Assembly (NCBI GenBank): GCA_951406725.2
Contig: OX597817.1
Span: forward strand, 7,068,001 to 7,132,000
DNA: 64,000 nucleotides
Reading direction: 5' to 3'
DNA from: Octopus vulgaris
Taxonomy: Eukaryota
Positions within the stretch are counted from its first letter, which is position 1. The number at the start of each line of letters is the position of its first letter. Shown here piece after piece: positions 12,972 to 26,572 of the stretch. The notes beneath the pieces were generated by a model that made no database searches, was not told the origin of the DNA, and saw only the letters and a list, made by a program, of their open reading frames with translations. The position numbers were made by a program, and so were the translations under genes.

Positions 12972-12974
<3 letters not shown>

Positions 12975-13189
12975 CTCTTTTGCTCTTTTACTTGTTTCAG
13001 TCATTTGACTGCGCCCATGCTGGAGCACAGCCTTTAATCGAGCAACTCGACCCCGGGACTTATTCTTTTGTAAGCCCAGTACTTATTCTATCGGTCTCTT
13101 TTGCCGCTAAGTAACGGGGACATAAACACATCAGCATCGGTTGTCAAGCAATGTTAGGGGACAAACACAGACACACAAACACACACACG

Positions 13190-13231
<42 letters not shown>

Positions 13232-13396
13232 TACGACGGGCTTCTTTTAGTTTCCGTCTACCAAATCCACTCACAAGGCTTTGGTCGGCCCGAGGCTATA
13301 ATAGAAGACACTTGCCCAAGTTGCCACGCAGTGGGACTGAACCCGGAACCATGTGGTTGGTAGACGAGCTACTTACGACACAGCCACTCCTGCGCC
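12972..13396 (-). mobile_element. Full-length SINE family 1
   Basis: The reverse complement begins ggcgcaggagtggctgtgtcgtaagtagc...ggttccgggttcagtcccactgcg and ends in the (gtaaaaga)n tail. Confidence 0.92.
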
Positions 13397-13536
13397 TATA
13401 TATATATGGTTGTGTTTGTGCATGTGCGTGTGAGAGAGATGGAGAAAGAGGGAGCGTATATGTTTAGTGTTAATTATTGAAAACAGAGGACTGAATAATA
13501 TTGAGAGATTAATATATATTCTATTCAAGTCGATTC

Positions 13537-13658
13537 AGTCACGTGTTACTCTGCGTTTCACCAGCAACTGCGCATAGTCTTCAGGTAAGATATGACTGTC
13601 AGAACATTCCTGAAGATTCTGTGATTCCGTACGTGAAACTCAAAGGAGTGAAATGACT
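13537..13658. mobile_element. Small imperfect palindrome with two divergent hammerhead-like cores
   Basis: Minus strand: CUGAAGA (13578-13584) and GAAAC (13555-13559). Plus strand: CUGAAGA (13610-13616) and GAAAC (13635-13639). Ends agtca/tgact; TA-rich flanks. Confidence 0.4.
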
Positions 13659-13949
13659 ATTTATATATATATATAATCTCTTTTGTTTTTAATTATTTAA
13701 ATTCTTCACCCGAGGAAGGAACTAGCTGCTAATAAAGACACGAAGCTTCATCGTTGAAATGTCGATAACTATAACAATTTCACATTTCATACTTGAGAAA
13801 AATCTTGGATATTTTTACTGTTCCAGTTACTGAAGGTATTTGAAATGTGTGAGGTAGCTGGTTGATTTCTTTTTCTGAAAATAAATCGTATCCAAATCGT
13901 CAGTGAGACATTTACTCGCAGAACCAAATGTATGCACGTACGTGCATGT

Positions 13950-14057
13950 GTATGTATGTATGTATGTATGTATGTATGTATGTATGTATGTATGTATGTA
14001 TGTATGTATGTATGTATGTATGTATGTATGTATGTATGTATGTATGTATGTATGTAT
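13950..14057. repeat. (TATG)n microsatellite
   Basis: Directly visible. Confidence 0.95.
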
Positions 14058-14244
14058 GCTTGCGTTTTACGTGTATGTAAGAGAGTAACAATTTATACAT
14101 GACCGAAATTGGTGCTCTTAAATATCTTACATTGTTACATCGTATGCATACACAATCCAACATGCTTATATCTGATTCTACATACATACATACATACATA
14201 GACGTAAATACACACACATACACACACACACACACATATATATG

Positions 14245-14418
14245 TATACCTTGCGATATTTCTGCCGAATTTTTTTCAAAGTTCAAATGCCAAACAAGCC
14301 GAGTTAAACTTCTATCGTTTCAGGAGTCGATAAAATAAGGTAACTCTCAAAACTAGGGGAGATTATTTCAACTAAGCCCTTTCCCTTCATAACTGCTGAC
14401 CTTGTGCCTAAATTAGAA

Positions 14419-14420
<2 letters not shown>
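14245..14420 (+). mobile_element. Degenerate SINE family 2 followed by (CTA)n
   Basis: gttcaaat...ggagtcgataaaataag...gaccttgtgcctaaattagaaa, homologous to 40678-40942. Confidence 0.55.
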
Positions 14421-14490
<70 letters not shown>

Positions 14491-14525
14491 GTATATATGT
14501 ATATATATATATATTATATACATAC

Positions 14526-14557
<32 letters not shown>

Positions 14558-15329
14558 ATGTATGTATGTATATATGTGTGTGTGTATATGTATGTATCAG
14601 AACGAAACAAACAGACGAGCAGACAATCTAGGATAGAAAGAGAAGCGACAGAGAGAGTGCATGTATGTGACTGTATGGGAAGTGAAACCAAAGTATCGTC
14701 AGACATGAACCACAGACCCATCTTAAAGGCGTTGGTGTGCTTACTGCGTATCACAAATCCATAGTAAACGAGTTCGCGTGCTATTGCATGTGTTTTTGGC
14801 CTGAATTTACTTAATAAATAATTCAGACGTTGTTCGCATGAAATGCAAACAATCGTTAAGTTATTGTTAACCGATAAAATAATATGACTCATTGAATAAT
14901 ATCTCTTTTCGTCGCCACAAAATTACAATTTAGCTTGCTTTGAAATTCTGCCGCATTAAATAATTGAAAACTAAATTGATGTGAGCGTATAAGTGAGGCT
15001 CTATGTGGTCATTCAGCTTACTAGAAACTTTTAAAATGCAAGTAATTTCATGAATGGATTGTCTTTTGAAATTGATCACCTCAATCGGAGTTCAATTATG
15101 ATTAAACGACTGTAACAACTAACTATATTTCATTTCGACATTGTAAAAATTGTGAGCTACACAGACGATGCTTCTTTAATGATATTAACTGCTGCAAGAC
15201 CCTAACCTTAACCCTAGCCCTATCTGTTCCCCAATGTTACATAGGATCTGTCTTCTCACAAATCTTTGGTACACGGATCTATATCTAGCCTGTCTTGCGA
15301 ATCACAGTCAGTGGGAACTATTTGAGTAG

Positions 15330-15745
15330 TCACATTTGGAGATAACAGAATTTTTTCAAAATTCGTTGTACAAGCAGTGCTACTGGAGATCTTTGTTCGA
15401 GAAAATCTCTCCCTTCATGAAAGCATTTGAGTTGTACCCGAGCTTTGCTGATTCGGAGTGTTATGTCGAACAGCAGTTAATATGTGACAACATTTCCGAC
15501 TATCAGATAAATCAATCGAGAATTTCGATCCGTCACTTCCTTGGTGAAGGAAAGCTTGTAGGCTTTCTCCCGCGCATGGCTATAGCGAATGAAGTTGTAC
15601 AGTTTGCGGGGTGGAAAGTCTGACGAGAAAGCTTTTCCTTCACACAGGCTGAGCTTTAGAGTACATCTTGTGATTGAAGTCGAAAATAGAGCCGATATGA
15701 CTAAATGACTTGTACTGGTTATGTACAGCTGTAATTGGTGCAAAG
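15330..15745 (-). pseudogene. Highly decayed RTE-like LINE reverse transcriptase C-terminal fragment
   Basis: Minus-strand frames give ILD*FI..MLS and DITLRISKA, resembling the RTE motif VDxFxYLGSxLS..DxEIxxRIxKA; many lesions. Confidence 0.35.
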
Positions 15746-16089
15746 TATTAGAGGTAGACTATTACCTATGATATGTGAGGATAATCACGATCTGTGACAG
15801 CGATCTGCCGGATCGACCTTTGGGAGTCAGTATTTCTCTTACTGATTTTTATGTTATAAGCTATTTTCGTTATATATTGTATCAATTCATTTTGTTTTTA
15901 TTATTGTTGTTGATCTCATACTCTTTAGATCCTCGTAAATCTTTCTTCACCTTTGTACTCTTTTCAGCATCCTGCTGGATCATTAGTTCGTACAATATAC
16001 CTTGTGATATTTCTGCCGAATTTTTCATTCAGAGTTCAAATGCCACACAAGTAAAGTTAGTCTTCCATTAGGGACGATTATTTCAACTA

Positions 16090-16660
16090 TTACGTTCTGT
16101 GTTCAAATTCTGCAGACGTCGACTTTGACTTTCATCCCCTCGGAGTCTGGCTACCCGCATGGTTCTTGGTCTCAAGCATTTGTCTTATGAAGAAAAGCTG
16201 AAGATGCTTGACCTTTATTCTCTAGAAAAACGATGACGCTGTGGTGATCTCATTCTTGCTCACAACGTCATAAGCGGAAAGTGTAACCTCTCGAAAGAGC
16301 TGTTCTTCACTCCTGCTCCAGAGCGTCGGCTGCGGTGTCACTCCGAAAAGCTCTATCTGCGACGATTTCATCTCAATCGAAGTAGAGGGGCTTTCTCCGT
16401 CCGTGTGCGGATCCGTGGAATTAGCTACCGGACGAGATAGTAAAGATGCCGACGACCGCTCGGTTCAAAGTTTCTCTTGACCAGAAATGGCCTGAACTCT
16501 TTGCATGAACACCCTCCCTGTACATAACTCCATGTCCCCCTACATGGCCTTGCTTTTTGCTTTTTGAGCCAAAAAATTAACTTAACTTAACTAACCAGAG
16601 AAACACTGGTGTCGATGTAATCAACTAGTCCCCTCCTCCAAAATTTCCGGCCTTGTTTCT
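16090..16660 (+). mobile_element. SINE family 2 split by a CR1 insertion
   Basis: ttacgttctgtgttcaaattc...tttcatcccctcggagtc (16090-16147) resumes as ccagagaaacactggtgtcgatgtaatcaact after 16595. Confidence 0.75.
16148..16594 (+). mobile_element. 5'-truncated CR1-clade LINE (ORF2 C-terminus, 3' UTR and short repeat tail)
   Basis: Reads ATRMVLGLKHLSYEEKLKMLDLYSLEKR*RCGDLI...RLRCHSEKL...FSVRV..WN*LP...FKVSLD, the typical CR1 ORF2 end; tail (ttaac)n. Confidence 0.88.
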
Positions 16661-18609
16661 GTCTAAAGACACAATAATGATCATCATAAAGTAATAATGA
16701 TGGATCATTATTATTAGCACTAGTATTATTCGTAGTATTTTTGTTATTATTATCATTAACATTATTATTATCATCATTGCTTTAAATGTTGTTTTCTCTT
16801 GTTACAGCGTTTCCAGATTAGTAGCACACTATATGCGTGTAATAACATCCCACGTGTAATCCGAGTGAATGAATGATTAACGCAGACGACAGATGCGTAT
16901 AAGTGTAATCGTTATATCGATCAGAAAGCGAGTTGTTCCCTTTCAATTCGTCTTAACTTTATATTTGTTCTTTACTCCTTGTTTTAGTTTTTTCTTCTTT
17001 CCGGTTTCACATCTGCCCTCATTTCTCTCTACGTTCATTATATACAGTTTTCCATAATGTCTGCCTTCTTTTTTTCATTTTTCTTTATTTGTGTTATTTA
17101 TCTCGTCTTGTCATTCATTCTTAATCTCCAACTAACTCTTTAACACCTCCCACATATCTTCCTTTCAACGGTGCTTCCCACGTGACGACATCAAAAGCCA
17201 GTGCTGCATTGGGTATACGTCACAATTATTCGAACCTGTATTTATTGTAAGGAAACAAATATTAAAAGAAAACAATTGTTAGGTTATGTCTACGCACAAG
17301 TACGCTCACGCGCAAGTACGTACGCAATCCCTTTTACTCGCTCTCTCTCTCTCTCTTTCATACACACACACGTACACACACACAAGCATACATTAGTCAA
17401 GTGACTTCTATTATACCCTACGGTTAACCCATACCTTGCGAGTGGAATTTGCTAGACGGAAATCATACAATATGCTATTACACCATTCCTGTTTGTTTTC
17501 TGCCTGTTTCTCAGTCAAAGTCTGTCTGTCTGTCTGTTTGCCTCTCTCTCTCTCTTTCTCTCTCCCTCTATATGTGTCTGTGTGTTTGTGTGTGTGTCTG
17601 TGTGTCTGTGTATCTGTGTGTGTCTGTAAGTGTCTATGTAATTATTTGTAAACGTTCTTCGTGCCCTTTTGTGAATTACTATGTGTCTGTATATGTTTAC
17701 ATGTATGTATGTATATATGTATGTATGTATGTGTGTATGTATATATGTATGTATTTATGTATGTATGTATGTATGTATGTATGTATGTATGTATGTATGC
17801 ATACAAATATGTGGTCGCTCACCGGTCCGATATCCGAGTGGAAATTAATCCAACAGGTTATCAGCGTGCAACATTGTTATCGATTTAACAGTATGGTTTC
17901 TATAAATACATTCATCGCACTCTCTCTCCCCTATACACAAGCACACACACACACACAAACACTCACACAGTCACATATATATGCATACACACGATCACTT
18001 ACACAGTCATACATATTCACACACGTATGCTTAAACAAACACCCCTACATAAACTTAGAAGTAGAAGATGGTTAAAAGAATATAACGTCAGTTTATACGT
18101 AAGCATCTTAATATCTTGTTCTTTCAATCAAAGTTACCAATTCAAAACCTGCTTCTTTATCGATACTATTTTATTTTCATTGAAACGTATAATACAACCA
18201 ATAGGACAGGTTTGATGCAGTTATCTCCATCCTAATCTGTTACTGAGGTTTGATTTGAGAGAGAATCAATTTTTATTTTTAGCGTATTTGAGACCTTTCA
18301 TCATCCACATCACATTGAACCAATCATCTGGCCTCCGTGTTGTTGGTTAACGCGCTTGTAATAGCAGGGAAATGATGCTCAAATCAAGAAGCATTGTCTT
18401 AAACAAAGAGCAAGTGTAATACCAATTCTTGCAAAGAAATATATGTTGGTCTTAAGTCTGATAGAAATATCCTGAATTAGAGTTAAAAAAAAGAACAAAG
18501 AAAGTGTCGCTGAGTAATGTTGCTGGGAAAATTTTGGTAATTTTTGTTATCAAAGTTGATCCGGGTTTTCAGAAATAACACACACACACATACATATGTA
18601 ATATATACT

Positions 18610-18800
18610 AGTTTCAAAATTTAGCACAAGACCAGCAATTTTAGGGGAAGGATTTAAGTACATTACAACTTTTATTGACCCAAAAATTATGAAAGGTGAA
18701 GTCGACCTCAGTGAAATTTGAACTCAGAAGGTAAAAATAGATTAAATGTGGCTAACAATTTTGCCCAGCGCGCTCATGGTTCCGCCGGCTCGCTACCTTT
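18610..18800 (-). mobile_element. SINE family 2
   Basis: ttttattgaccc...tgaaaggtgaagtcgacctcagtgaaatttgaactcagaa...ccgccggctcgctacct, the reverse complement of the family 2 head and core. Confidence 0.75.
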
Positions 18801-19799
18801 ACCTTACTGTAATAATGAACAAGAATTAGATACTACATGGTTCAAATAGTTTCCACTTTTGTAGAGAGATATCGTAACTACCTTCCATATATAACGACTA
18901 TGCATAACAAAATAGATTTCTTTTGGAAGAACACTTTTCCGACGAATTAACAAACATTCAACGATACGCTACTTGAACGACTTAGTCGTATCTACCGTTC
19001 AACATCATCGAACGAATTGAATTTGCAGTCTGCTTACTGCTTCAATGAAGTCCATTGGGGTATCTGTTTTGGAATCGAAGAAGTCAAACAGTACATGCTA
19101 TTTCATTGAACAGGTAGCTCTATATGCTACGCTTCCTTCCGATACTTACAGTAAATACGTTACCTGATCAATTTTGCTAGAATACCTGTAAATCTCAATA
19201 AATTCAAACTAGTGAGGAAACTTCTAAGTGGCCACTGGATTTACAAGAAATATCAGTCAGATTTCCTCAAATCACTCACTGGCTTATGTGATCCTCGGTT
19301 GCTAATCTATCAGCTGTTAATGGTAGTTAGCTTCATGCAAGTTTGAATAAAATGTCCCATAGTCTAAGTATCACAAACTTTGTTGTTTATCAAAGACTGC
19401 ACTGTTCACTGCATTTCCCGTTTACGTTTAAGAATATAGGATTTGATTTCAAAAGAAGTTGGTTCCTATTTCTCATAAGTCGATAGACACACAAAATGTC
19501 TTTCGGTGTTAACACAAACCCCTGAAAATTTTGAGACTTATAAGTCTTACCCGTATTGGCTTTACTTTCATTATTCTATAAGCCTGCTTGTAGTAGCTTT
19601 AATGCACTGCGTTACAACAGCCATATTCCTGGATTTGCTCTAATTATAGAAAAATATTTATTTCGTTACTGCTTCATTAATATTTATAAAAGTAATTTTA
19701 ATTAAGGTAAATTGTTATTTCAAAATGATCTCCTATTAATGGATAATTATGAAAAGAGAGAGGAATAAACTGAAAATAATAATTATAGCAAGATTCGTT

Positions 19800-19834
<35 letters not shown>

Positions 19835-20594
19835 TGTGTCTGAATGATTAAGAAGTTTGCACCACAAGCATGTGGCCTCACAAAACGTATATCAACACGT
19901 CGCTATGGCAACAGGCATATGACCAAGATTCTCCTGCCTTACATCTTGGATTTGGGTCATTTACCACAGTTCTGCTTTTATCCAAGCCCTGTGAGAAAAA
20001 TTGAGTGGGCGGAAAATGTGCGGAACAGACTGCACTTGTATATAAAACATCCGGCCTTGTCGTACAACCGCTTTCACTGAATTGGTCTGAAGATTATGCT
20101 AATAATCCACTTGGCTTGAAAGAACTCCAATATTACGTACTGTTTCATTGAACACGTAGTTCTATTCATCGAACAACTGCATACTCACCGTCAAAACTGA
20201 CGGAGATCCATTTACGCAATTCTATGACTATTTATGCTGTATTTCTGCTAATAATGTCTAGAATTTCATGAATTCACGTCATCAGTAAATCGTGTATTAT
20301 TTTCGTTTTGTAAAAATTAGAACATTTCAAGGTTGAACCAACGACTTTCGGCAATATAACAAAGGGGAACAATGGGTGAGATCTTTCAGACAAGACTTTA
20401 CAATCAGGGTATATTAGCTACAGGATATTTTCCATCTCGCTCTTTACCGTCTGCAGTTGAAATTTAATTATTGATTTGTGAAGTGTCTTAAAATAATAGT
20501 CGTGTACATATCTAATCTTTCTCTTGACGTCTTTCGCTTTCTGTACTCTCTCAATCTATCTTTCTTGCCCCATCTCTTTCACTTTCTTTCTCTT

Positions 20595-20630
<36 letters not shown>

Positions 20631-20734
20631 GCCTTCTCATTTATCTTTCTAGCAACATATGAGGACTGAGCCTGCTGTAAGCATATATTGGAATAAATTA
20701 TCAGTATATAATTAGTGTATATACGATGGAGCAC

Positions 20735-20773
<39 letters not shown>

Positions 20774-20876
20774 CATACATATTTATATATATGTGTGTAT
20801 GTATGTATGTGTGCGTGTATATATTAATATACGTGTGTGTATGCATTTATCTATACGTATACATATAGACACTCAA

Positions 20877-20910
<34 letters not shown>

Positions 20911-21005
20911 GCACATACATACTACAATAAAGAAATATAGTATTCAGGAAAAAACAGAAAAAAATAATGAAATTACGTGTAATTCGTGTGCTTGTACACA
21001 TATGT

Positions 21006-21060
<55 letters not shown>

Positions 21061-21516
21061 TGTGTGTGTGTGCATAATGCATATACATATCAGTTGATCG
21101 ATCCGCAGTGTCATTAGAGTTTCAGATAGAATGCGTTGTGATATTTCTTCTGATTCAATGCATTCTCCTGTTTGAATTTGCCATTAATCATTCAGAGGTC
21201 GATAAAGAAAGTATTTACCTTGTTGGAACCTCGCCCAACATTCGTCATATCCAGTATGTTTTTTTTTTCCTTTTCAAGGTTGGGGGAAGTAATGGGGCGC
21301 CTATGTCTGCATATGACTACCTAGGTACCCTAGAAGAAATAGGAAAACCAAACATGGTACAGTCCATTATATATATGTGTATGTATGTATGTATGTATGT
21401 ATGTATGTATGTATGTATGTATGTATGTATGTATGTATGTGTATAGAAAATTATTACTTCTAAATCTCTGAAAGAGAATCATTCAGTAACAGTGCTCTAG
21501 AGTAAAGATTAATTGC

Positions 21517-21729
21517 CAACATAATGTGGCAGTCCTGGTTAGGATGATTGTTACTGTCATTTAGTCCCAGGAAACATCATCTCCAGTTGGTTGTACGACA
21601 CACTATCTGCGTCCTTGTTCGAAAAAAAAAAGGACGCAGATAGTGTGTCGGTTAGCTAGCTGGAGACGTCGTTTCCTGGAGTTAAATAACAGTAACAATC
21701 ATCCTAACCAGGACTGCCACATTATGTTG
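21517..21729. mobile_element. Fold-back/MITE-like element with ~100-bp inverted arms
   Basis: caacataatgtggcagtcctggttaggatgattgttactgt...cgacacactatctgcgtcctt (21517-21616) pairs with 21630-21729 around an A-rich spacer. Confidence 0.8.
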
Positions 21730-21790
21730 ACACATAATCTTTACTCTCTGTCTGTCTGTCTGTCTCTCTCTCTGTCTCTCTCTCTCTCTG

Positions 21791-21835
<45 letters not shown>

Positions 21836-22497
21836 ATATATATATAATTTGTAGCAGAGAATCGTATGGTTATCACAGAAAGCTCCTCTACCGAACGCGG
21901 CTATCTGACCACATAGACATTCATGTTTTACAAACCTCTGTGTTAATGATGCGTATATTTCTCTACTTGTTTATCCCCAAATCTCGTACAGCATCGTGTA
22001 ACACATGTATCGGGTAGTTCATCCAAGATGAAGAAAAGTTCTAGCGTCCCGTGTGGCAGGCTTGATAATTGCTGAGAAATCTCTCGGCGTGAAACCAATG
22101 TTAGGAATATTTTGCCACCAATATAGTTTTCAGCACCCATTCTCAGAGTTCGATGCGCATGCACAAACACACACACATTCACACATGCACACACATGTAT
22201 ATAATATATATATTGTATATGTGTGTGTGTGTGCGCACTCGCGTATATATGTATGTTCCTGTATGTATATGTATGTAGTTTTTCATTTCTAAATACAATC
22301 ATGTGTACGTGTGTGTATGTGTGCTCGTGCGCAACCGTGTGATGGGAGGGGGGCGTGTTTATATGATATATACATAATATATGTTGATATCAATTTCTTT
22401 GTCTTCTATCTGTTTATCTATGTATGCATCTCTTTTTCCCTCTGTCTGTCTCTTTCTATCTCCCAATCCGTTTCACTCGCTTCCCATATATATATAT

Positions 22498-22541
<44 letters not shown>

Positions 22542-24312
22542 AGACACACGCTTAAACTTGCATGACTTTACCTTATGTATGTATATATGTAATCATATAG
22601 ATTCGATATATTCCTGCATAAATATATTGATATCGGTATCTGTATCTGTCCAATGTGTCTCGGTTTACTAGTACCGGATCAACGTGTTGATTAAAACTCG
22701 AAATTCGAGATAGTGGTAAACAGATGCGTTACACAGACGGTAGAGATGAACTTCGAGTCGGTTGAGGTAGGTGAGAAGGAGACGTGTAATGGTTAATGGT
22801 CATTGTAAAATAACACCGGACATGAATAGATTGTTTCGGGAATAGTTGTCATATTGTCTTACTAAATAATGCATAACAAACGCATAAGGCATACGAAAGC
22901 CTACATCTGAAAAACAAAATATTACTTGAAAAAAATCAATTTGTGCAATTTTGTCTGAAGGATATATCTGGTCAAATGACTGTGAGGCTCGGCAAAACTT
23001 CAATACAACTTTAATTTCTTGAGAAAAAAAAAGTGGCAATCAACAGATAAGATCCATTAAATCGATTAAAATCCCGAAATAGAAATCTGTTAGTATCATT
23101 GGCTATTTTAGAAATCTCTATTATTGAACTCAAATTAACAGAATCAGTAGATCCTTGAACGCGATATTTAGTTTCGCTTTCATATGTTCGGGGCATATAT
23201 CTTAAATGTTCAATATATTCTTTTCATCAGTTTGTCTTCAATAAAATAAACAACCAGTCAAATACATGAGTCAGTTCAGTTGTCGTTTGCTTCTTCCAAA
23301 TTTAAGACCTTTTATCCTATATTAAACTGCCTATATTGGTAGAATCAGTGGCGTGTCAAAGAAAATAGCCTTTGCTAAATCTTGTTACCTTTTCAGATTT
23401 TATGATATAAAGTAACACTCGAGTATTGAGAACAATTCCGCCAACTGATTTCTCCTTATAAATTTTCTGGTGTTGTACGTATGCAAGGAATCAATATTAT
23501 TTGCATTGGAATAATATGGATTTGAAACCCATCACAGGCATAGCTTTTCTATATTCTCGAATTAGTAGAACACACTCTTACTATTACATATAGTGTGAGA
23601 TACGTATTCAATTGTAGCTAATTACAACCTCACAATAATAAAGCTGATGATGATGACGATGATGATGATGATGAGGATGATGATGATGATGATGATGATA
23701 TTTCTTTTCCAACATAGACAGGAGGCCACAAATACTAAGTCGGGTGAGAGGAGAGAAGACAATTAAATCAAGTGCAATTAAATCAAGGGACAACTAATAA
23801 ACTGAAACCCGAAATGTTTTGAATTCTCATAGTAAATACAATTCATTTACCTTATTCTACAACGCTTCCACTTGAGCGAAAGAACATTATAATAAATAAT
23901 AATATAATGCAGGTGGGCAGCAGGATCCCTACAAGAACAGACTGATATTAATTCAACATTCCATACTACCGAGTTCATTAAAATTATTTGGAAGCTAAGT
24001 ACGAAATTCGAATTAACCGAGTTAATATACTTCAGAAAAGATTTATAACTTCATACCATTGCGAGAAATCAATGATATTATTTTTGTATGCGCTGTTTGA
24101 GACACATACGTACATCCATAGACAAGTACACACATATATTTAGAGAAGGAAAGAATGTGTTTCGGCAGAACATATTTGGTATAATCGGTAGCACGATTAC
24201 ACGATAAGAGATTGATGCGTGCTTTGACTAACTACAGTAATGGGATTTTTCTGTCTTAAGCGTTCCTTCAATATGTATTTGTGTATGTGCGCTCAGACAC
24301 ACACACACACAC

Positions 24313-24359
<47 letters not shown>

Positions 24360-24485
24360 TACTCACACACATCTTTGCATGTGTGCATGCAAGCATGCAT
24401 GGATAAGCGAAATCTTAATTGTTTGTTTAAATGTAATATGTTAGTGTTTTACGTATGTTTGTGTTATATATGTATATATATATAA

Positions 24486-24563
<78 letters not shown>

Positions 24564-26415
24564 ATGTATATACATATACATATAAATTATCTTTTAAAAT
24601 GAAAATACACGCATTAAAAACACAAATGTATAATGTATTCCGTTATAACTTGGAAATCTTTGTAATGGTGTTCTTACTTTTAACGGTAAGAAATTACAGA
24701 TAGAAATTTCAAATCACAAATGTAGATTGAAATAATTAATACTTCTAATGTGAATCTTTACATAAAATAGATGGTTAAGATCTTCAATGAAAATAGTCTA
24801 CTGCTGACAAGTCCAACATTTCTATAACCATATCTTACGTTCACTAAAAGCCATAATTAACGAAATAACTTTCATTTGAATGAGGATGTGCGTGTGGTTG
24901 CGACTATTTCCGTGAGTGCCACTATATACTTGAGTATATTTTCAAAACTATCAGAAACCTCCCAGGAAAGTAGCATCTGGAAAGGAAGACAAGCTAGCAC
25001 AAATTGATTTGATCACGAAGTGTCTATAAGCAACTGGGATTTTCAATATATATATGTTTGTATGTTTTTATTTTTGTGCGCGCTTAAATGATTGGGATTC
25101 TATAAGCGTTTGCGTGTCTTGTGTTGGCTGGATATGAAAACTAAATACTTGTCTCATGTGGATATCCGAGTAAATATGTACGATTTTATCGTATGAGAAA
25201 CGGCTATGAATATGTATTATGTCTGTATGTATATATTATGTACGTACATACACACACACACACACACATGTATATACACTCACACACACTCAGACGTGTG
25301 TGTGTGGGGGGGTTAAGGGGTTTGTGTGTTAGTAATTTCTTTCAATTACTTTGAAACTTTCACTTGTGCATGTTCCACCGAAAAGCAACTGCGAAGTTTA
25401 TCTTCTTTAATATGTAAATATTTAAACTCCCGTCTCGTATTACAAACAAAGAGTAACAAAGTGCAAAGAGGTAAAGTACATTGAGCATTCCTTTTATATA
25501 ACCATCATAAGCGTGATGCTAATGAACGAAATTGGGGCCCAAGATTGTGATCGCTTCTGTATTGACTTCAACAGTTAATGAAGATTGACGAAAATTTGTT
25601 CTAATTTTGTTGTATTTGATATTGTTTAGCCAGGTGTTACAGGCTTAGGAAGACTGGTAGTGAAAGGTTAAATAGCCATTATCATTTCGTATTTTAAGCA
25701 AGTATAGTGAAAACAGCAAATATATGATGCAATAAGTGTTTCGAAGATCTGGTTTGAGAATAGAAAGAGCTATATAGAGAGTCTGTATTGCAAGGGCTAT
25801 GTAGAGAGCCCTTCGTTCTTTCAGCGTGTGCTCAATTGGATTAAAAAGGCAATGAATTTCTGTTAGAAATCCTGTATTTTAGTATTATTAATTCTTACGT
25901 GCTGCCGCAGAATTATCCGTATAAATAAGGGAATTTATGTGTGTGTGTATGCGTGTATGAGTGTGTGTGTATGCGTTTGTGTGATTTTTCTTCCTCTTTT
26001 TAATTTAGAATAAATTTTAACTGGCCATGTACTTGGTAGCAAGGTTGTAATGCAAAGTATCTTGTTTTAGCCATCATCCGTTAAATCTTCAGAAGATTTT
26101 GCAAATATTATAGTTCAGGATATCGTGATCATTTTTGACTAAATATTAGCCTTCTCTCCTTATGATCCAATATTTACCCACACTTTGCACCAGACGTGTT
26201 TGTTTGTATCCTGTTATTCCAACAATAATACGTATGATACTGAAAATGTATTTCGATAACTGGATTTTTAAACACCTTCTCAATAGGCCATAGTTGATCT
26301 TTTTCTCTCGATTTTTCCTAACCATAGGTATGTATGCATAAGGCAGAAGTTACAGAGTGACCCAAGACCGTAAACTTAGGGCATTGATGTGCCTATGCAA
26401 GAAACTCGTTTCGAA

Positions 26416-26515
26416 TAACAACAACAACAATAATAATAATAATAATAATAATATGAATAATAATATGAATAATAATATGAATATGGATAATAATAAATTT
26501 AATAATAATCATTAC

Positions 26516-26570
<55 letters not shown>
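26416..26570. repeat. (AAT)n followed by (TAT)n microsatellite
   Basis: Directly visible. Confidence 0.9.

Positions 26571-26572
<2 letters not shown>

Noticed and set aside
15150-15180. VSYTDDASL, a YADD-like motif on the plus strand
   Set aside because: Isolated, with no flanking RT motifs in frame.
15199-15221. ccctaa-like telomeric units
   Set aside because: Only about three degenerate units.
16788-16930. Splice acceptor-like tttttctcttgttacag
   Set aside because: No convincing coding frame or donor; cannot be supported without RNA data.
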